Assembly: GCF_006345805.1 (NCBI RefSeq)
Contig: NC_043008.1
Span: 35,588,001-35,652,000 of the forward strand
Direction: 5' to 3'
Source: Octopus sinensis
Lineage: Eukaryota
DNA length: 64,000 nucleotides
Shown here: positions 1 to 14,643 of the stretch, in pieces
How the letters are laid out: the number at the start of each line of letters is the position of its first letter
Numbering within the stretch: the stretch's first letter is position 1
Notes under the pieces: generated by a model
Seen by the model: the letters and a program-made list of their open reading frames with translations, nothing else
What the model was told of the DNA's origin: nothing
Database searches by the model: none
Position numbers and translations under genes: made by a program

Positions 1-2703
1 ACCTGACTTCTATGCGAATGAAAGGTTCAGGGTTTCCAACAAAAAGTTACAACTTGTTTTCGGAGATGACAAGAGCGATAAAGAATTTTAAAGAAGAAAA
101 AACCAAGATTGAAGTCAAGCAACATAGTGAGTGACCATCACCTGCGATCTAATCTTCAATACTAATTTTTAGCTCCTGATTTTTCAGATGTATTGTGATA
201 AGAGACTAGAATTTCTCTGCTCCTTGACCTAAATAATTGAACATGTTAATGGTAACAGCCCTTAAATGTGTTTACGTTAAGCTCGTAATAATATTCTTAG
301 ATATCGCCCAAGTGTGAACTGATTGACATGCAACCACTTTATTAAGACACAATACTATTAAGTGGGCAAGTAGCCTGGTTTTGACTGCTGCAGTTTAGCT
401 GTTTGGGAGAGGATTAGAAAGCAATGTTTTTTCACGCAAGAATAGCTGACTTCAGCGGTATACGCATTGAAGCGCTTATTGTGTATATGTATTGGTGAGA
501 AACTATTTGCTATGCTTGTTGAAACTTCCAAATGATCGAGTAGATTAAATCAGAATATTCCCCTTCCTGGCACTTCTTGTTAAGATATATTCCATGTGAA
601 CTAACTTCTTACTGAAACCACTTTTAGTTACAATAGGGGCAGATCTTCTCAAAGATGGCCCCCTCTGATTGATAGCTCGGTGACTCTCCAATTTCTAGTC
701 TGCCAGATTCCTAGTTATGACAGTTGGATGAATATAATACTTGTCACCGTATATCGTTAACTTTCAATATGGTAACGTTTCTCTGTTTTTAATATAATAT
801 TATACATATAAAATCGACTATTGTTAACTTGGTGCTAATAAATAAATTTAAACTAAACTCTCTAAATATGTCTATTAAATCCTTTCTAAATCCATCTATG
901 ATCATTCGTACTGTATGAAATTACTCAAACCGTCATCTCTGTGCTGTCTTTGGACTAGGGAGTTTAGATTTTGTTTACTTGGGGATTTTTTTCCTATGTT
1001 TTAATGAAGTGGTTTGTCATAAGCTTAGTGTGAGTTGTAGTATTTATCTCTTATATTCTTTAGCCGAACAGTTGTAGAACCTCGGAGATTGTTTTAAATA
1101 TATCTTACGTTAACTCAATGAGTTATAGAATTAGTTGTTGTTTTGAAATCTTACGTTTTTGTCATCTTAATGAGGTAGAATTTGAAGTGTTTATGGCATT
1201 TGATATGCTGGAGGCACTTTTATGGCTTCCGTTCATACTCCTTTTTAGGTCTCCTGATAATAAATTTATTGTCGGAGCATACCTTCCAACGCAAACGCTT
1301 GATTACACTTTCTTTTCAGCGATGTATATAGTTTAAATATTCCCTTCCTTGTTAAATATTGTGTGATTTAGTAAATTTTCGCAACTTAAAAGTCGCAACC
1401 CAACTGTGTGGAATACAAAACCAGAATCTGTTGCAATTATGTAGTTATGGTTTTGTGAGATATTACTAGATGATAAAAGTTGCGTTTCTTCAAGAAGTAT
1501 ATCAATCAATATAACCAAATTTTCTTTAGCTTAGTACGGAGGTACGTCGCAATTGATCAAATACACAAAATATTCAGCAAGAACATCACAACAATTAGCC
1601 ACAGTTATGGTGTCAGCATTAAAATCTTGATTTCTGAAAAAGCCAAAACAACAGTCTCCTGTCATTGAACCAACCCAAATGTAATTAAGACAGCATTAAT
1701 TTATATCCTCGTGACGACACATGCCTCGGTAAACAATTGATATGCTGTACGAAAGTGAAGTTCGCTGAACAAAGAGAACAAAGTAATTAAAACTTAACGG
1801 AAATTACTTTTAAGGACAGATATACACAGCACACGTATTCTTTTAGATAGCTGTAACAAAGAAATTCCACCTCTCTCTCACACATCATGCATGTTGGCTA
1901 AAAGATGAAATTTTCATATACTTCAATGTACTGTCGTCAGTGTCATAACTTAAGAAATATTCTGGACGATCTAAATCATGCAGTGTATTCCCCTGTGAAA
2001 ATTGTATATTTGACGTTTCCTGTCAACTTACTGAATTCAAGGACTAAGCTAATTTTAAAATGCCATCACTAAAACAAGGTTTTCCTAAGAAACATCATTT
2101 GCTTACATTATAATTTTATGAATAAAATTCTATAAAATACTTTTGTTCTTTTGGAAGTTTTCCAAAGTTCTATAAGTACATTATGGATATTTAAAGATCC
2201 CCTTCTAATCCGAATTCTGTCTCCTACTTAAGTATTGCTATATTTTGCGAATACTAAAAACTATTAATAAACTGTTTTGTTTCCTCTTGCCTCTTTCTCA
2301 ATATTCATATACTAACTTGAATCTGTCTGTTGAATTTCGAGCACATTCCTACATTATTTTACTTTATTGCATTTTAATAACTTGTTTCAAAACCGATAAT
2401 CTACTTTCCCAATTTTGTACTCTCTACTTTTCATCATTCCTATCTCATTCCTTTTTTTCTCCCTTCTTTTTTCTCTATTCCGTAAGCATTCTTCTCCATC
2501 TTTCTCCATTCATTGCAAAGCATTGTTCAAATGGATTTGGGGCCAAAATGAAAATCATCGAAAATAAGAATGCTAAATTAAAGGTAAATTTCTCTGTAGA
2601 AACACGTACACCTTTTAAAATTTTTATTGTACCTTTTAGTTTGCTTTCTGTTTTTATTATTTTCTGTTTACGTTGGGCAACGATCGATTGCTTTCTCTGT
2701 AAG

Positions 2704-2755
<52 letters not shown>

Positions 2756-3611
2756 ATATATAAACATATCACTACATTGCTATTTCTTCTTTTCTTTCGT
2801 TATTCTCCTCCTCCTCTCTCTCTTTCTCTCTTTCCCACTGTTGGTTACTTTATTATAAATCCTACTATTTATTATTCGCTTTCACACTCCTCCCTAATAA
2901 ATATCCTTTTTCTTTCTAGTTTTGAAAGACTTCCTGCTGCTACAATTCAACTCGATCTGAACCTGAAATCTTCCATCATCCTCTCTTACATGCTTCTTTC
3001 TATAGATTCAGTCAGTTTTACACTTTTTAATCCGTGTACATTCTTCATTCAAATAAACGCTAGTTTTGTGTTGTTTGTTTTTTCTATGAAATTCATTGTA
3101 TCCAGTATTATACAGAGATAAACCCACTTCTTCCTTATTTCTTTCTCTATATGTTTCTATACTATACACTTTCTACTCCGCTACCTCTCTATTTTCCTAT
3201 ACACGTTGTAGACGCTTTATTTATCTGCACTTCGTACTTTTATCATTCTATCTTTGCTTCTTCACTTTATATCTAAGGTGCTTGCCAACCGTAAAATGTT
3301 TCGTGCTTAATTTTAAATTTTAGAAACTCGGTAATTACAAACCTCGTTTTCATCAAATATTTATCACCTAAACAAACCTGTAATTTCAACAAAGAATTCC
3401 GTTGCGTCAAAAGAGATAATGTGAAATTAGGTGCAAGTATAACGGAAAAAATATTTCCAGTTTTGATATTATTATTAGTATTGTTATTGTTATTATTATT
3501 ATTATTATTGTTGTTGTTGTTGTTGTTGTTGTTGTTTTTGCTGTTATTACTTCTGCTATTGTTATATGTGCACACACATACATATATATATAGAGACAGA
3601 TGTATATACAC

Positions 3612-3654
<43 letters not shown>

Positions 3655-4307
3655 TGAATGCTGATATATGTGTGTGTGAGTATGGATGGATGGATGGATG
3701 GATGAATGGATTCATATATGTATGTGTGTACATATACATGCATATCAAAATGTATGATCCTTCTGTTAATTACGTAAATTTACAGCTGATTAAAAAATGT
3801 GTATTGAAAGTTGTTTTTCTTATTTGATCCACCAGACTTATACATACATACAAACACATACGTGTGTGTGTATGTGTGTACGTGTGTGTGCACGCGTATG
3901 TATGTATGTATGTAAGCACTTTTATTTTCCGCTTGTGTCTTAAACATGCATCTATAAAATATACTGGATCACCGCTCACTCTACTGAGTTCAACCGCTTT
4001 TAAGCAAGTTTTTTCATCCCTTAAAGGTGTTCACAAATCATCCTCACAACCAAAGAAGGTTTGGTGAGATTACAGATTAATTTGCCAACAACCTGAAACA
4101 AGTTGTACTGGATTAAATACTCTATGTGGAGGCCATGAGCGACATAACACACACATACACGCGTAGATGTTAGTCATATTTTATATTTTTTCTATAAGTA
4201 ATTGATGAAATATTGTTCATGATTATTTTCGCTTGTTTTGTTAAGAGTATCGCTAAAACCATTTTCGAGTTACAAGACTACGATTGCTACATTAAATGGA
4301 AAAGACT

Positions 4308-4411
4308 GTATGTATGTATGTATGTATGTATGTATGTATGTATGTATGTATGTTATGTATGTATGTATGTATGTATGTATTGTATGTATGTATGTATGTA
4401 TTGTATGTATG

Positions 4412-4442
<31 letters not shown>

Positions 4443-5330
4443 TGTATGTATGTATGTATGTATATATGTATGTATTGTATGTATGTATGTATGTATGTAT
4501 GTATTGTATGTATGTGTATGTATGTATGTAAGTATGTATGTATGTATGTATGTATGCATGTATGTATGTATTGTATGTGTGTATGTATGTATGTACGTAT
4601 GTACGTATGTATGCATGCATGTATGTATGTATGTGTGTATGTATGTATGTATGTATGTATGTATGTATTGTATGTATGTATGTATGTATGTATGTATTGT
4701 ATGTATGTATGTATGTATTGCATGTATGTATGTATGTATTGTATGTATGTATGTATGTATGTATGTATGTATGTATGTATGTATGTATGTATGTATGTAT
4801 GTATGTATGCATGCATGCATGCATGCATGTATGTATGTATGTATGTATGTATGCATGCATGTATGTATGTATGTATTGTATGTATGTATATATGTATGTA
4901 TGTATGTATGTATTGTATGTATGTATGTATGTATGTATGTATGTATGTATTGTATGTATGTATGTATGTATGTATGTTTTATGTATGTATGTATGTATGT
5001 ATTGTATGTATGCATGTATGTATTGTATGTATGTATGTATGTATTGTATGTATGTATGTATGTATTGTATGTATGTATTGTATGTATTGTATGTATGTAT
5101 GTATTGTATGTATGTATTGTATGTATGTATTGTATGTATGTATGTATGTATGTATGTATGTATGTATGTATGTATGTATTGTATGTATGTATGTATTGTA
5201 TGTATGTATGTATTGTATGTATGTATGTATGTATGTATGTATGTATGGTATGTATTGTATGTATGTATTGTATGTATGTATTGTATGTATGTATGTATGT
5301 ATGTATGTATGTATGTATGTATGTATGTGT
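4308..5330. repeat. About 1 kb (TATG)n array with TATTG and TGCA variant units
   Basis: Direct reading; source of the MYVC and IHTY pseudo-ORFs. Confidence 0.97.
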
Positions 5331-5730
5331 GTATATCCCTTTTCGTAAAATGAATTGAGAAGAGTAACTGGAGTTTCCTCTCTCCACATATCTGAAGAGC
5401 TGAGGGTCGTCCTACGCGCCCACGGAACTTTAAGTCATGTGGAATTAAACCAAACTGATATTCAATAATGTCTGTAACTGCTTCCAAATATGTCGAGTAT
5501 CATTTTTTTTTTTCGTTTGTTTACTTGGTTGTTTGTGTGCTTGTGACTGTAACTCTAAGCGTAATTCCAGATTCCACACACATCAATCATCATCTGATAG
5601 ATATTGCCTGCAACTTGCCGAAATCGTTACAAATGTTCACCAATCTAAATGAAGACCAAACATCAACTCCATATTCTTCAATTATAGATCTGTGTATATT
5701 ACAGTTTGCCTGCACCTTTTATATAAATAT

Positions 5731-5817
<87 letters not shown>

Positions 5818-5948
5818 AACTTACTTGGAAATGAATGCGTGGCGTTCAATCAAATAATAATATAGATAATATATATACATATGCATATATGGGTACGCAG
5901 ATATATATATATATATATACATATATATTATTATTATTATTATTTTTA

Positions 5949-6000
<52 letters not shown>

Positions 6001-6171
6001 CATTATTTGATTGAACACCACGCATTTATTTCCAAGTAAGTTTATCTTACTCTTTTTGATGCGACTCTACATCTATACTGTTTTCTCTCACATATTTTTC
6101 TCTAATTCCCTTTTTCTCCCTTCACCATTTTCTACCTGTCTCTCTCCCCCTGTTTCATCTTTTCTCTCTCT

Positions 6172-6253
<82 letters not shown>

Positions 6254-6589
6254 TCACACGTGACCACCGTTCAATTTTCTTTTCCTCACGCGATGATCTT
6301 TCTTTTCTTTCAGGACTGGACGTAACCTATCTCTCGCTTCTATCTTTTCTTTTGTCAAAGAAAATATTTCTCCAGCGTTCGAGTTTTTACCCTCGTTCTG
6401 GTCTAACGACCCTCTATGCTTGTTTTCGTTCGGTCTCCTTGTATGTCTACACTGTCCTGTTTTTGTTCCCAACTTTGACCCTCTATAAATCCCAAATTTT
6501 ATTTTGGTACTTATGGGAGCAACTGTCTTCGAAGACTTATACTGCCGTTCAATGCTCGAAATGACGAGTAGAAATACAGCATTAATAGT

Positions 6590-7350
6590 CCCTTTAATAT
6601 GCACTTGAGGACCAACTCCTTCAGAAGAAATCATTCCCCGCACCTGGACGCTTCCTCCTCCAAACTTGGCAGATTTCTTCAGGCACTTGGATTTTAGCCG
6701 ATCTCCTGTGAAGCGCCTAACATACTGTCTACCATCTGAACCTACTAAAGTGAATTTGCTTTCATCGCTAAAATGAAATTTTGACCAATGTTCATTCCTC
6801 CAGTTCACATGAGTTTCTGCAAATGAAAGTCTTTCCAAATTGTTCGTCTTGCTGATGGTAGGTTTCGTTGTCGGGGAACAAGTTTTTAATCCAAATTCCT
6901 TCAGACGACGAGACACTGTAAAGCGGCTCACTTCCATGCCATTATTTACTTTTATTTTCTTAGAAATTCCAGCCGCAGTATCGAAAAGTTCCTTCAATAC
7001 ATACCGTTTCGTGACTCGATCATCTCGTATGGTGGTTTTGCATGGTCTACCAGTTACCTTTTTTTTTTTTTGTTAAAAACCTTTAGTTTCTTCATAGAGC
7101 CTAAGAACACGCGAAACTACACTCTTAGACCTCCTTACGTCTCGTGAAATTGCCAAGAGAGTCTTTCCTGAAACTTTCATCCTGACAATTTCTTTTCGGA
7201 GGTCGGGAGTAACTTTAGAGTGGTGTGCCATGTTCGAAAGCTAGCACAATACTGAGACGGCAGTAACGTTGAGCCTGCAAATGTAAACAATGTTTGAAAT
7301 TTCCAGAAATTTTTGAAGGAATCTAATCGTTCTCTTATTTTGCACATGAG
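6590..7350 (-). mobile_element. Tc1-family transposon, 3'-truncated and frameshifted
   Basis: Reconstructed start MAHHSKVTPDLRKEIVRMK (ATG 7231), GRP HTH linker, VSRFTVSRRLKEFGL, WSKFHFSDESKF, KFGGGSVQVRG. Sequence breaks off before the second catalytic Asp. Confidence 0.85.
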
Positions 7351-7521
7351 ATATTTGGACGAAACTAGTGTTAGTGTTTTTAAGTCCATTGTACAAACTT
7401 AGATTTTTCAGAGAATTTAGCTATTGGTTGACCGTGTTTACGAAACCAATTACGAATTTATACGTTTACTAGCTTTTTATTGTTCTCTTTTTCTTTTTTT
7501 GCTCGCTATTTTTATATATAT

Positions 7522-8712
7522 TTAAATGATAAATTTCTGGTAAGTTTTACAGAATTTTATAGTTCCAGTGATGGATTGGATCTGTAGTCTTCGAATCAGT
7601 TTTCTCCTTTCTGGTTTTGAGAAGTTTAATTTCTCAAGATTGGTATTTAGGCAGTGTGTTACATATCCCAGGGCCTGAATAATTACAGGTATAAACCTGA
7701 ACTTGTCATCTGGATAGAGTAACCTCAGATTTCTCAATAGTTCAGCGTCGGTATGCTCTTTCTCACTGATCTTCAGCTTTATGTTAACAACCGCTGAGCA
7801 GCTAATTTCCACAACTGTACACAGTTTCGCTTCTCTATCCCAAATCATTATATCAGATCTATTGTGCTTATATTTTATTAAGGTTTTCACTGGGATATTC
7901 CACCAACACTCCTTTTTATTATAAGCGGCTATGGTCTCAACCATAATATGGGGTTTTATTTCTTTGTCCTCGGGGTTATCTTTCAGACCGTTTTCATTAT
8001 AGTGTCCTAGCTACAACATCATGTCTCATCAGTAGATAATACCGTGATGACATTTTCGGACAGCTGCTTATGATGTGGGAATATCTTCGGTCTTAACTCC
8101 ACAAAGTCTGCATCGGTTTTCACATTTTACTGCTTTTCTAGCACCTCTATCTCTTTTATGCATCAGGTATTTGGTTGATATTTCTTGTTCCTGAATTGCA
8201 AACGCATACCCTTCAAAATGGGAAGTAGCAATCTGATTATTGGTCCATGATAGACTGTATTGATGATCAATGTTACTATCATCTCGGAACTTTTTATTAA
8301 CATAACTATGTATAGTCTTCTGTTCATAAACGCTCATCCTTTCATCTGATGATATATTGCGGAAGAGTCATGCGACTTCTTTGGGAATGTATTCTAGGTT
8401 ATCAAACAAGGAATGTTACTCAAGGAGTTGCCTTCCGAGACTTATCAGCTTCATGTATGCAAATTTGGCCAAAGAATGCACTTCGACACTTGATGGTTAA
8501 AAGATGTGGTCGAAGGGATATATGACATTCAAAGGCATTTTGGATCGGTGTTAAGCCTCTACCGCCTTGTTTACGTTTCAGGTAGAGGCAGTCTACGTCA
8601 CTGTTTGTGTGGAAAATCACATCAATGGCTCGAATCTCATCAAGCATCCGATCAAGCAACCCAAATGTTGGTATGAGTACTGACATTGCAAACGCATTGT
8701 GGGGCCACTGTT
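7522..8712 (-). mobile_element. R4/Dong-like non-LTR retrotransposon 3' fragment (RT tail, zinc knuckle, restriction-like endonuclease), degenerate
   Basis: LYLKRKQGGRGL (RT C-terminus), FAIQEQEISTKY and CRLCGVKTEDIP (CCHC-type knuckle), NRSDIMIWDREAKLCTVVEIS (PD-D-E type endonuclease) and FIPVIIQALG...QIQSITGT, split across frames. Confidence 0.82.
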
Positions 8713-8715
8713 TTG

Positions 8716-9010
8716 TATGTATGTATGTATGTATGTATGTATGTATGTATGTATGTATGTATGTATGTATGCATGCATGTATGTATGTATGCATGTATGT
8801 ATGTATGTATGTATGCATGCATGTATGTATGTATGTATGTATGCATGTATGTATGTATGTATGTATGTATGCATGCATGCATGTATGTATGTATGTATGT
8901 ATGTATATATGTTTGTACGTACGCTTGTATATGTATGTATGTATGTTTGTATGTATGTATGTATGTATGTATGTATGTATGTATGTATGTAGTATGTATG
9001 TACGTACGCT
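8716..9010. repeat. (TATG)n array abutting the 5' truncation of the R4-like fragment
   Basis: Direct reading. Confidence 0.95.
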
Positions 9011-9509
9011 TGTATATGTTTTTCTTCTCTACCTTTTTGAACTCAGAAATTGAATCTTTTAACCCTGGCCCTCATGACGGAAAATTCGTTTTGGAAACAT
9101 GGACTTCCCTTTTATAGACTAGTGAATGGAAAAAAATGGACGAATGCACTGCTGATCCCCATCGGCCACGGCTGAATTCATACACTGAGAGCAATTCCTT
9201 TTTCCTCTCAGAAAAGGGATTTTACGTTTCGGTTATTTTTTTCGCCATCACGCTCTCCGAGGCTATAATATACTTACTTCTAGCTTTGAATAGACTATGT
9301 GCTTCTGGACAGCATATCTGACGTGTTATCTGCATTGCCAAGTGCAAGAGAAAATGTGTAGTCAATGGTAACTTATATGCCATAGCAAGAAACACTACTC
9401 GACAGTATAAAAGTTTTACAGCCCAAATTTTGTTATGGAATGTGCTCCTTTTTCTGACTCAGGCACAACGAACACATAAAAGCATTTCATTTGTGTGTGC
9501 ATGTGTGCG

Positions 9510-9547
<38 letters not shown>

Positions 9548-9589
9548 TGTGTGCGTGTTTGTGTGTGCGCTCGTGCGTGTACATGTGTG

Positions 9590-9760
9590 GAGGTGTGTGG
9601 CTTGGTGGTTAGGGTGTTACAATCATGGTCGTCAGGTTGTGGTTTTGTTTCCTGATCCGGACGATGCGTTGTGTTCTGGAGAAAAACACTTAATTTCTCG
9701 TCGCCCCAGTCCACTCGGCGGGCAAAAAGTGAGTAACCCTGTGACGGATCAGTGCCACAT
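9590..9760 (+). mobile_element. tRNA-derived SINE family D head
   Basis: gtggcttggtggttagggtg...gcgttgtgttctggagaaaaacactt; related copy at 33018-33150. Confidence 0.55.
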
Positions 9761-12065
9761 CTGAGTAATAAATATATATTCGCCACTGAATCTGGGAAAC
9801 CTGGCACTTATTGGATTGGTCGCTTTTGCCGAACTATTAAGTTACGGGATGTAAACAAACTAACTCCGGTTGTAGAGGGAGACAAATACGAACACAAGGA
9901 CTCTTAAACACACACACGCGCTTATATTTATATATACGCACATTTTCTGTCCACCATATCCACTCACAAGACTTTGATCGACCCAGAGCTATAGTAGAAG
10001 ACACTTGCCCAAGGTTCCACGCAGTAGGACTGAACCTGGAACGGTATGGTTGGGAAGCAAACTTCTTACCACACAGCTACGCCTGTGACATGTGGAAAGT
10101 ACATTAGTTTCAATGGTGGATTGAAACCTCTGAGTGGCTGCAACTGGGTCGATGCAATTTGCCGTGAGCTAATCTTAATTGCACAGTACACGACACCACA
10201 CATCTAAGCTCTGGTTAGATGCATATTAGAATATAAGCTTTGGTTGTGTACAAATAAGAATTCAGTTAACTCCTCGGTTAAACATTTATCAAAGTCAATT
10301 AGCTGGTAACGATATTCTACGACGAGAGTATGCACGAAATTCTACTGCTGGTCGAACTCTAACACAGATTAGAAATAGCTAATTTACAATTGAAAATATC
10401 TCCAGATTAAGTCATGTCTTTGTGAATTATTCTTATTTATATTTAGTTGTTGTAGGCTGTAATTTAAATGGAAATTATAACCCAGTTCGAGGGCAGAAGA
10501 GGTGTTTCTGATTGCTCAGGGCAAATTTTCACTCTATATATTATGATTACTGTATCGATTCATTTACACTTATGACTGTTGCTAAGAAATTTGTAATATT
10601 TGGCAACGAAATTACTGTCATGAACAGAAATTATTTGCATGACTCCAGAAATGTGAACTTTGGTAATAATAATGTTTGGTAAGGTTGACACACTTTTCGT
10701 TAAGAAAGAACATAATCGATTGGTACATCTATCCTCGTTAACAACTGACTCCTTCGTTACTGATCCGGTTAACACGGTACGCCCAGTAGTGAACAGTGTT
10801 GCACTTATCACGAATTGATCAGTGATAACATGGGTCAGCGATCAGTCAAACATTCTGCTTAGACAGCAAAAGTGCGCCCCAACGGCCATTCACAATGCTC
10901 GGGACAACTTGGGCTCTCAGAACGAAACCTATTTTTCCCAGATGTTCTAATATTCGTCCATTACTGATTCATTTAATGCGGTGTTATTTTGGATTCAAAA
11001 TAACACCGCATTATATTCGTATATACATGTACGTATTTTATCGACTCCCGAAAGGGAAAAGTTAACCTCGATTCGATTTGAACTCAGCATTTAAAAAGTG
11101 CTGCTTAGTTATCAGTAAAAGGTCACATTCAATTATTCCTAGGGTGTAGGATGAGATACAATACGCTTCCAACATATTGCGGAAACTGTTAAGCGTATTG
11201 GCTGATATGCATTATGGAATCTTCCAAAGCTTTGCTTATAGACAGAAACACTAGTTCCTGCGTCAACACTGGCGCAAGGCTCTATCGGCCGTAAAATGTT
11301 GTACAAAATGCATGCATACATGAGCAATTACTAATGTTCAGAAGAAGTAAAAAAAAAAACCGCTCGCTCCGGCCTGTGCAAATGATAAACACTGATAGCG
11401 GATGCCCTAGATTTTATCGAACCTGATCGAGTGAAAGTCGAGTTGACATCCATAGAATTTGAATGCCGAAAATAAATGGACATAGTTAATTGCTACATAT
11501 TCAATCTGTTTCTGTCACTGATTATCCCAACAATAAGAATTGTTTCTAACAAGCACAAGGCCTGACATTTTAGAAGAAGGGAATTGTAAATTCTATTGAC
11601 CCCGGTACTTGACTGGTACTTTATTTTATCGTCTCCGTAAAGATGAAAGGTAAAGTTACACCCGGCTCCATTTAAACTCAGAAAGTAAAGGAGCGGAACA
11701 AATAACAGAAATCATTTCGTTCGATGATCCACACGTTCTACCACCCTTTAATAACTATTTCTTATTGAAACACAAAACCACCAATTTTGAGGAGTTAGTC
11801 GATTAGTACGTAACTATTACAGGCGTACCGCAACTTATATCGTTTCGAGCTACGTATTTTTCGACTTACGTAGTCTTTAAAGAAATTAATGGAATGAATA
11901 GACTTCAACTTCAGTCGATTTATCCGACTTTATGTTGGTGTCAGCGAACATATTTAAAAGCATAAAAGCTTTTAAAAAACATCTGAACACGAATACTGAA
12001 CTGATGTATCGATAAAATACCTGTGAAGACATATACAAATCATTTATTACTCTTTACACTTTACT

Positions 12066-12268
12066 CTTTTACTTGTTTCAGTCATTTAACTGTGGCCATG
12101 CTGGAACACCGCCTTTAGTCGATCGAGCAAATCGACCCCAGGACTTATTCTTTGTAAGCCTAGTACTTATTCTATCGGTCTCTTTTACCGAACCGCTAAG
12201 TTATGGGAACGTAAACACACCAGCATCAGTTGTCAAGCGATGATGTTGTGGGAGACACACAAACATAT

Positions 12269-12314
<46 letters not shown>

Positions 12315-12477
12315 GACGGGCTTCTTTCAGCTTCCGTCTACCAAATTCACTCACAAGGCTTTGGTCGGCCCGAGGCTATAGTAGAGGACACTTTCCCAAG
12401 GTGCCACGCAGTGGGACTGAACCGAGAACTATGTGGTTCGTAAGCAAGCTACTTACCACACAGTCACTCCTACGCCT
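12066..12477 (-). mobile_element. tRNA-derived SINE family A, full-length CpG-rich copy
   Basis: Minus-strand head aggcgtaggagtgactgtgtggtaag...ggttcagtccc (A and B boxes), core with tagcctcgggccgacc, internal (TA)n. At least 15 related copies in the window: about 9810-10086, 21941-22395, 25400-25750, 36676-36843, 46540-46853, 47511-47655(+), 47952-48116, 48743-49020(+), 53355-53515, 54531-54690, 56690-56985(+), 58225-58650, 60536-60933. Confidence 0.8.
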
Positions 12478-13684
12478 ATTAAAATAGATGTTAACTAATA
12501 AACTTTTTAAAATGTACTTTGGTGTCATGACATGGAACAAATTACCAGATTGAGGTATGCCTGTCTCTTGTTTCGTCAGCCTTTGAGAATTAAGAGGTAA
12601 ATTTGATCTCGGCAGAATGAAAAGACTCGGTTCACAAAGGTTGCAAGATATCTTGTCTGACACTCTATCTATTCTACCAATCTTCTGTCATAATACCCCT
12701 TTGTACAATAGACACACGACCTGAAATTTACGGGAAAGAAGATAGTCAATTACATTGACCTTAACCCTTTAGTATTCACGTTATTCTATCAAAAGTAATG
12801 CTTATTTATTCACCTTGTTTTGAATTAATCCTGCATTATCTTGTAGCTTTGAGATTTTGATGAAGTAACTATTCACTTTTAGAATTATATAGTAGGACTG
12901 GTGTGAGAGGCCAGATCTGGCCAATTTGAACATAAAATAGGGGAGAATATTTTGGCCGGATATGGCCGGTTTAAATGCTAAAGGGTTAAGCATCAACTGG
13001 TATTTCCTCGACCCCGAAAGGAGAAAAACTAAAGTCGATGACAGGGGAATTTGAACTCAGAACGTAAACGCGGTTGAAAATGCCGGAAAGGAATTTCGCC
13101 CGGTGTGCTAACGATTTTGCCAGCTCGCCACCGTGTATGTCGCTTTAATGATAAAGTAGCCAAATCCATATAAGCAGCAGAATCTTCTACTGTCCATCCC
13201 CCAATTCTTATTTTATCTGATATTGACACAACTTTTAGAGCTGCTGAAGCCGACTGATTGCAACATCTTTCAAAAAAAAAAAAAAGAGCCATAAAATCAT
13301 TACTTGATATGAAACAAAGAAAGACAATCAAACTTGAAGTTCCACTCCAGAGGATTCCGTAATTACTTTCCCATGAACTTAGAATTTGGGAAGTGTGTCA
13401 AAGCGAACCAAAAGAAAACAAAAATAAAAACAAAATAGAAAAAAGAACAACTGAAGAAAATCAGCAAAATCAAACGATAACAAAATAAAGATCGAAAATC
13501 AGAGAGCTTGAACAAGAACATATGTATAATTAGCTAAGAATAAAGAAAACAAGAAACATTCAGCATAATCAAATGAAAGAAAATCATTAATAGACACATA
13601 CATACATACATACATACATACACGCATGCATATACATGCATATATACATATATATATATATATCTGTGTGTGTATGTATATGTA

Positions 13685-13727
<43 letters not shown>

Positions 13728-14523
13728 TATATGTATGTACATATACATAAATAAGTATGTATATATACATACACATATATACATATGTATGCATGGATAT
13801 GTATGTACGTGTGTATGCAATTACGTATACGTATAAACCATAAAACCGAAATCGGATTATTATTAGAAGCAGAACTAGACGCAAACATATAAGCGAAATT
13901 AGTACAAAAACACTAGCTATCTCAGTAATTAGCTACAGTTTCCATATAATAAATTGGAAATTAAGTGAGCTCAAAGAGTTAGAGGAGGAAAACAACGAAA
14001 CCTATGATTAATTAGATGACACGAAAAATGTAATATTTTCTATACATAGAGCAGTAATTAGATACAGTATAGAGGTTGGAAATGTATTGGTAAATGAGAA
14101 TAAGGACAGTACAGCAAATGGGAAAGAAAAAAGAGAAATGAAACATATATACATAATAGTACGCAGTGTAAAACAAAGACACGGATATGTGAATTGAAGT
14201 AATCGTACACCATCCCGACTATTAGGTCAGTAATAGGGGAATTGAAGTAAATTGGAAAACAGGCCAGATGTAACTATCTATGCTGTATTCATATGAAAGC
14301 TGAGGCAAAAATATTTCAGTAACATATTTTCCTTCATACAAGTGAAATTTACAATCAAAAAATGTAGGTCGACTTATACACCAAGATGAAATTAGAGGAC
14401 CAAAAATTCCATCTGAAATGCAGCAGAATATGAAAAGTTAGAGATGCTTGAATATTTCCTGTCGGCTTGTATGCCGGAAAATACGGTAACTGCTGCTCAA
14501 AAACAGAACTTACCCGTAAGAAT

Positions 14524-14588
<65 letters not shown>

Positions 14589-14608
14589 TGTGTGTGTGTG
14601 CGTGCGTG

Positions 14609-14640
<32 letters not shown>

Positions 14641-14643
<3 letters not shown>

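Noticed and set aside
1-2200. Repeat-poor stretch that might hold exons or enhancers (also 39000-39550)
   Set aside because: No open frame with coherent splice sites or recognisable motif; comparative data would be needed.
4213-5487. Long ORFs (up to 405 aa) in all frames, likewise at 8420-9117, 28079-29269, 50056-51359 and 61523-62070
   Set aside because: Translations of (TATG)n, (CATA)n, (TA)n, (CA)n or trinucleotide arrays that lack stop codons by composition.
14330-14486. Solo pogo-like end (GTCGGCTTGTATGCCGGAAAATACGG|TA); also a hAT-like end at about 20190-20258 and a Tigger-like start at about 11818
   Set aside because: No partner terminus or coding sequence was found, so too weak to call as elements.
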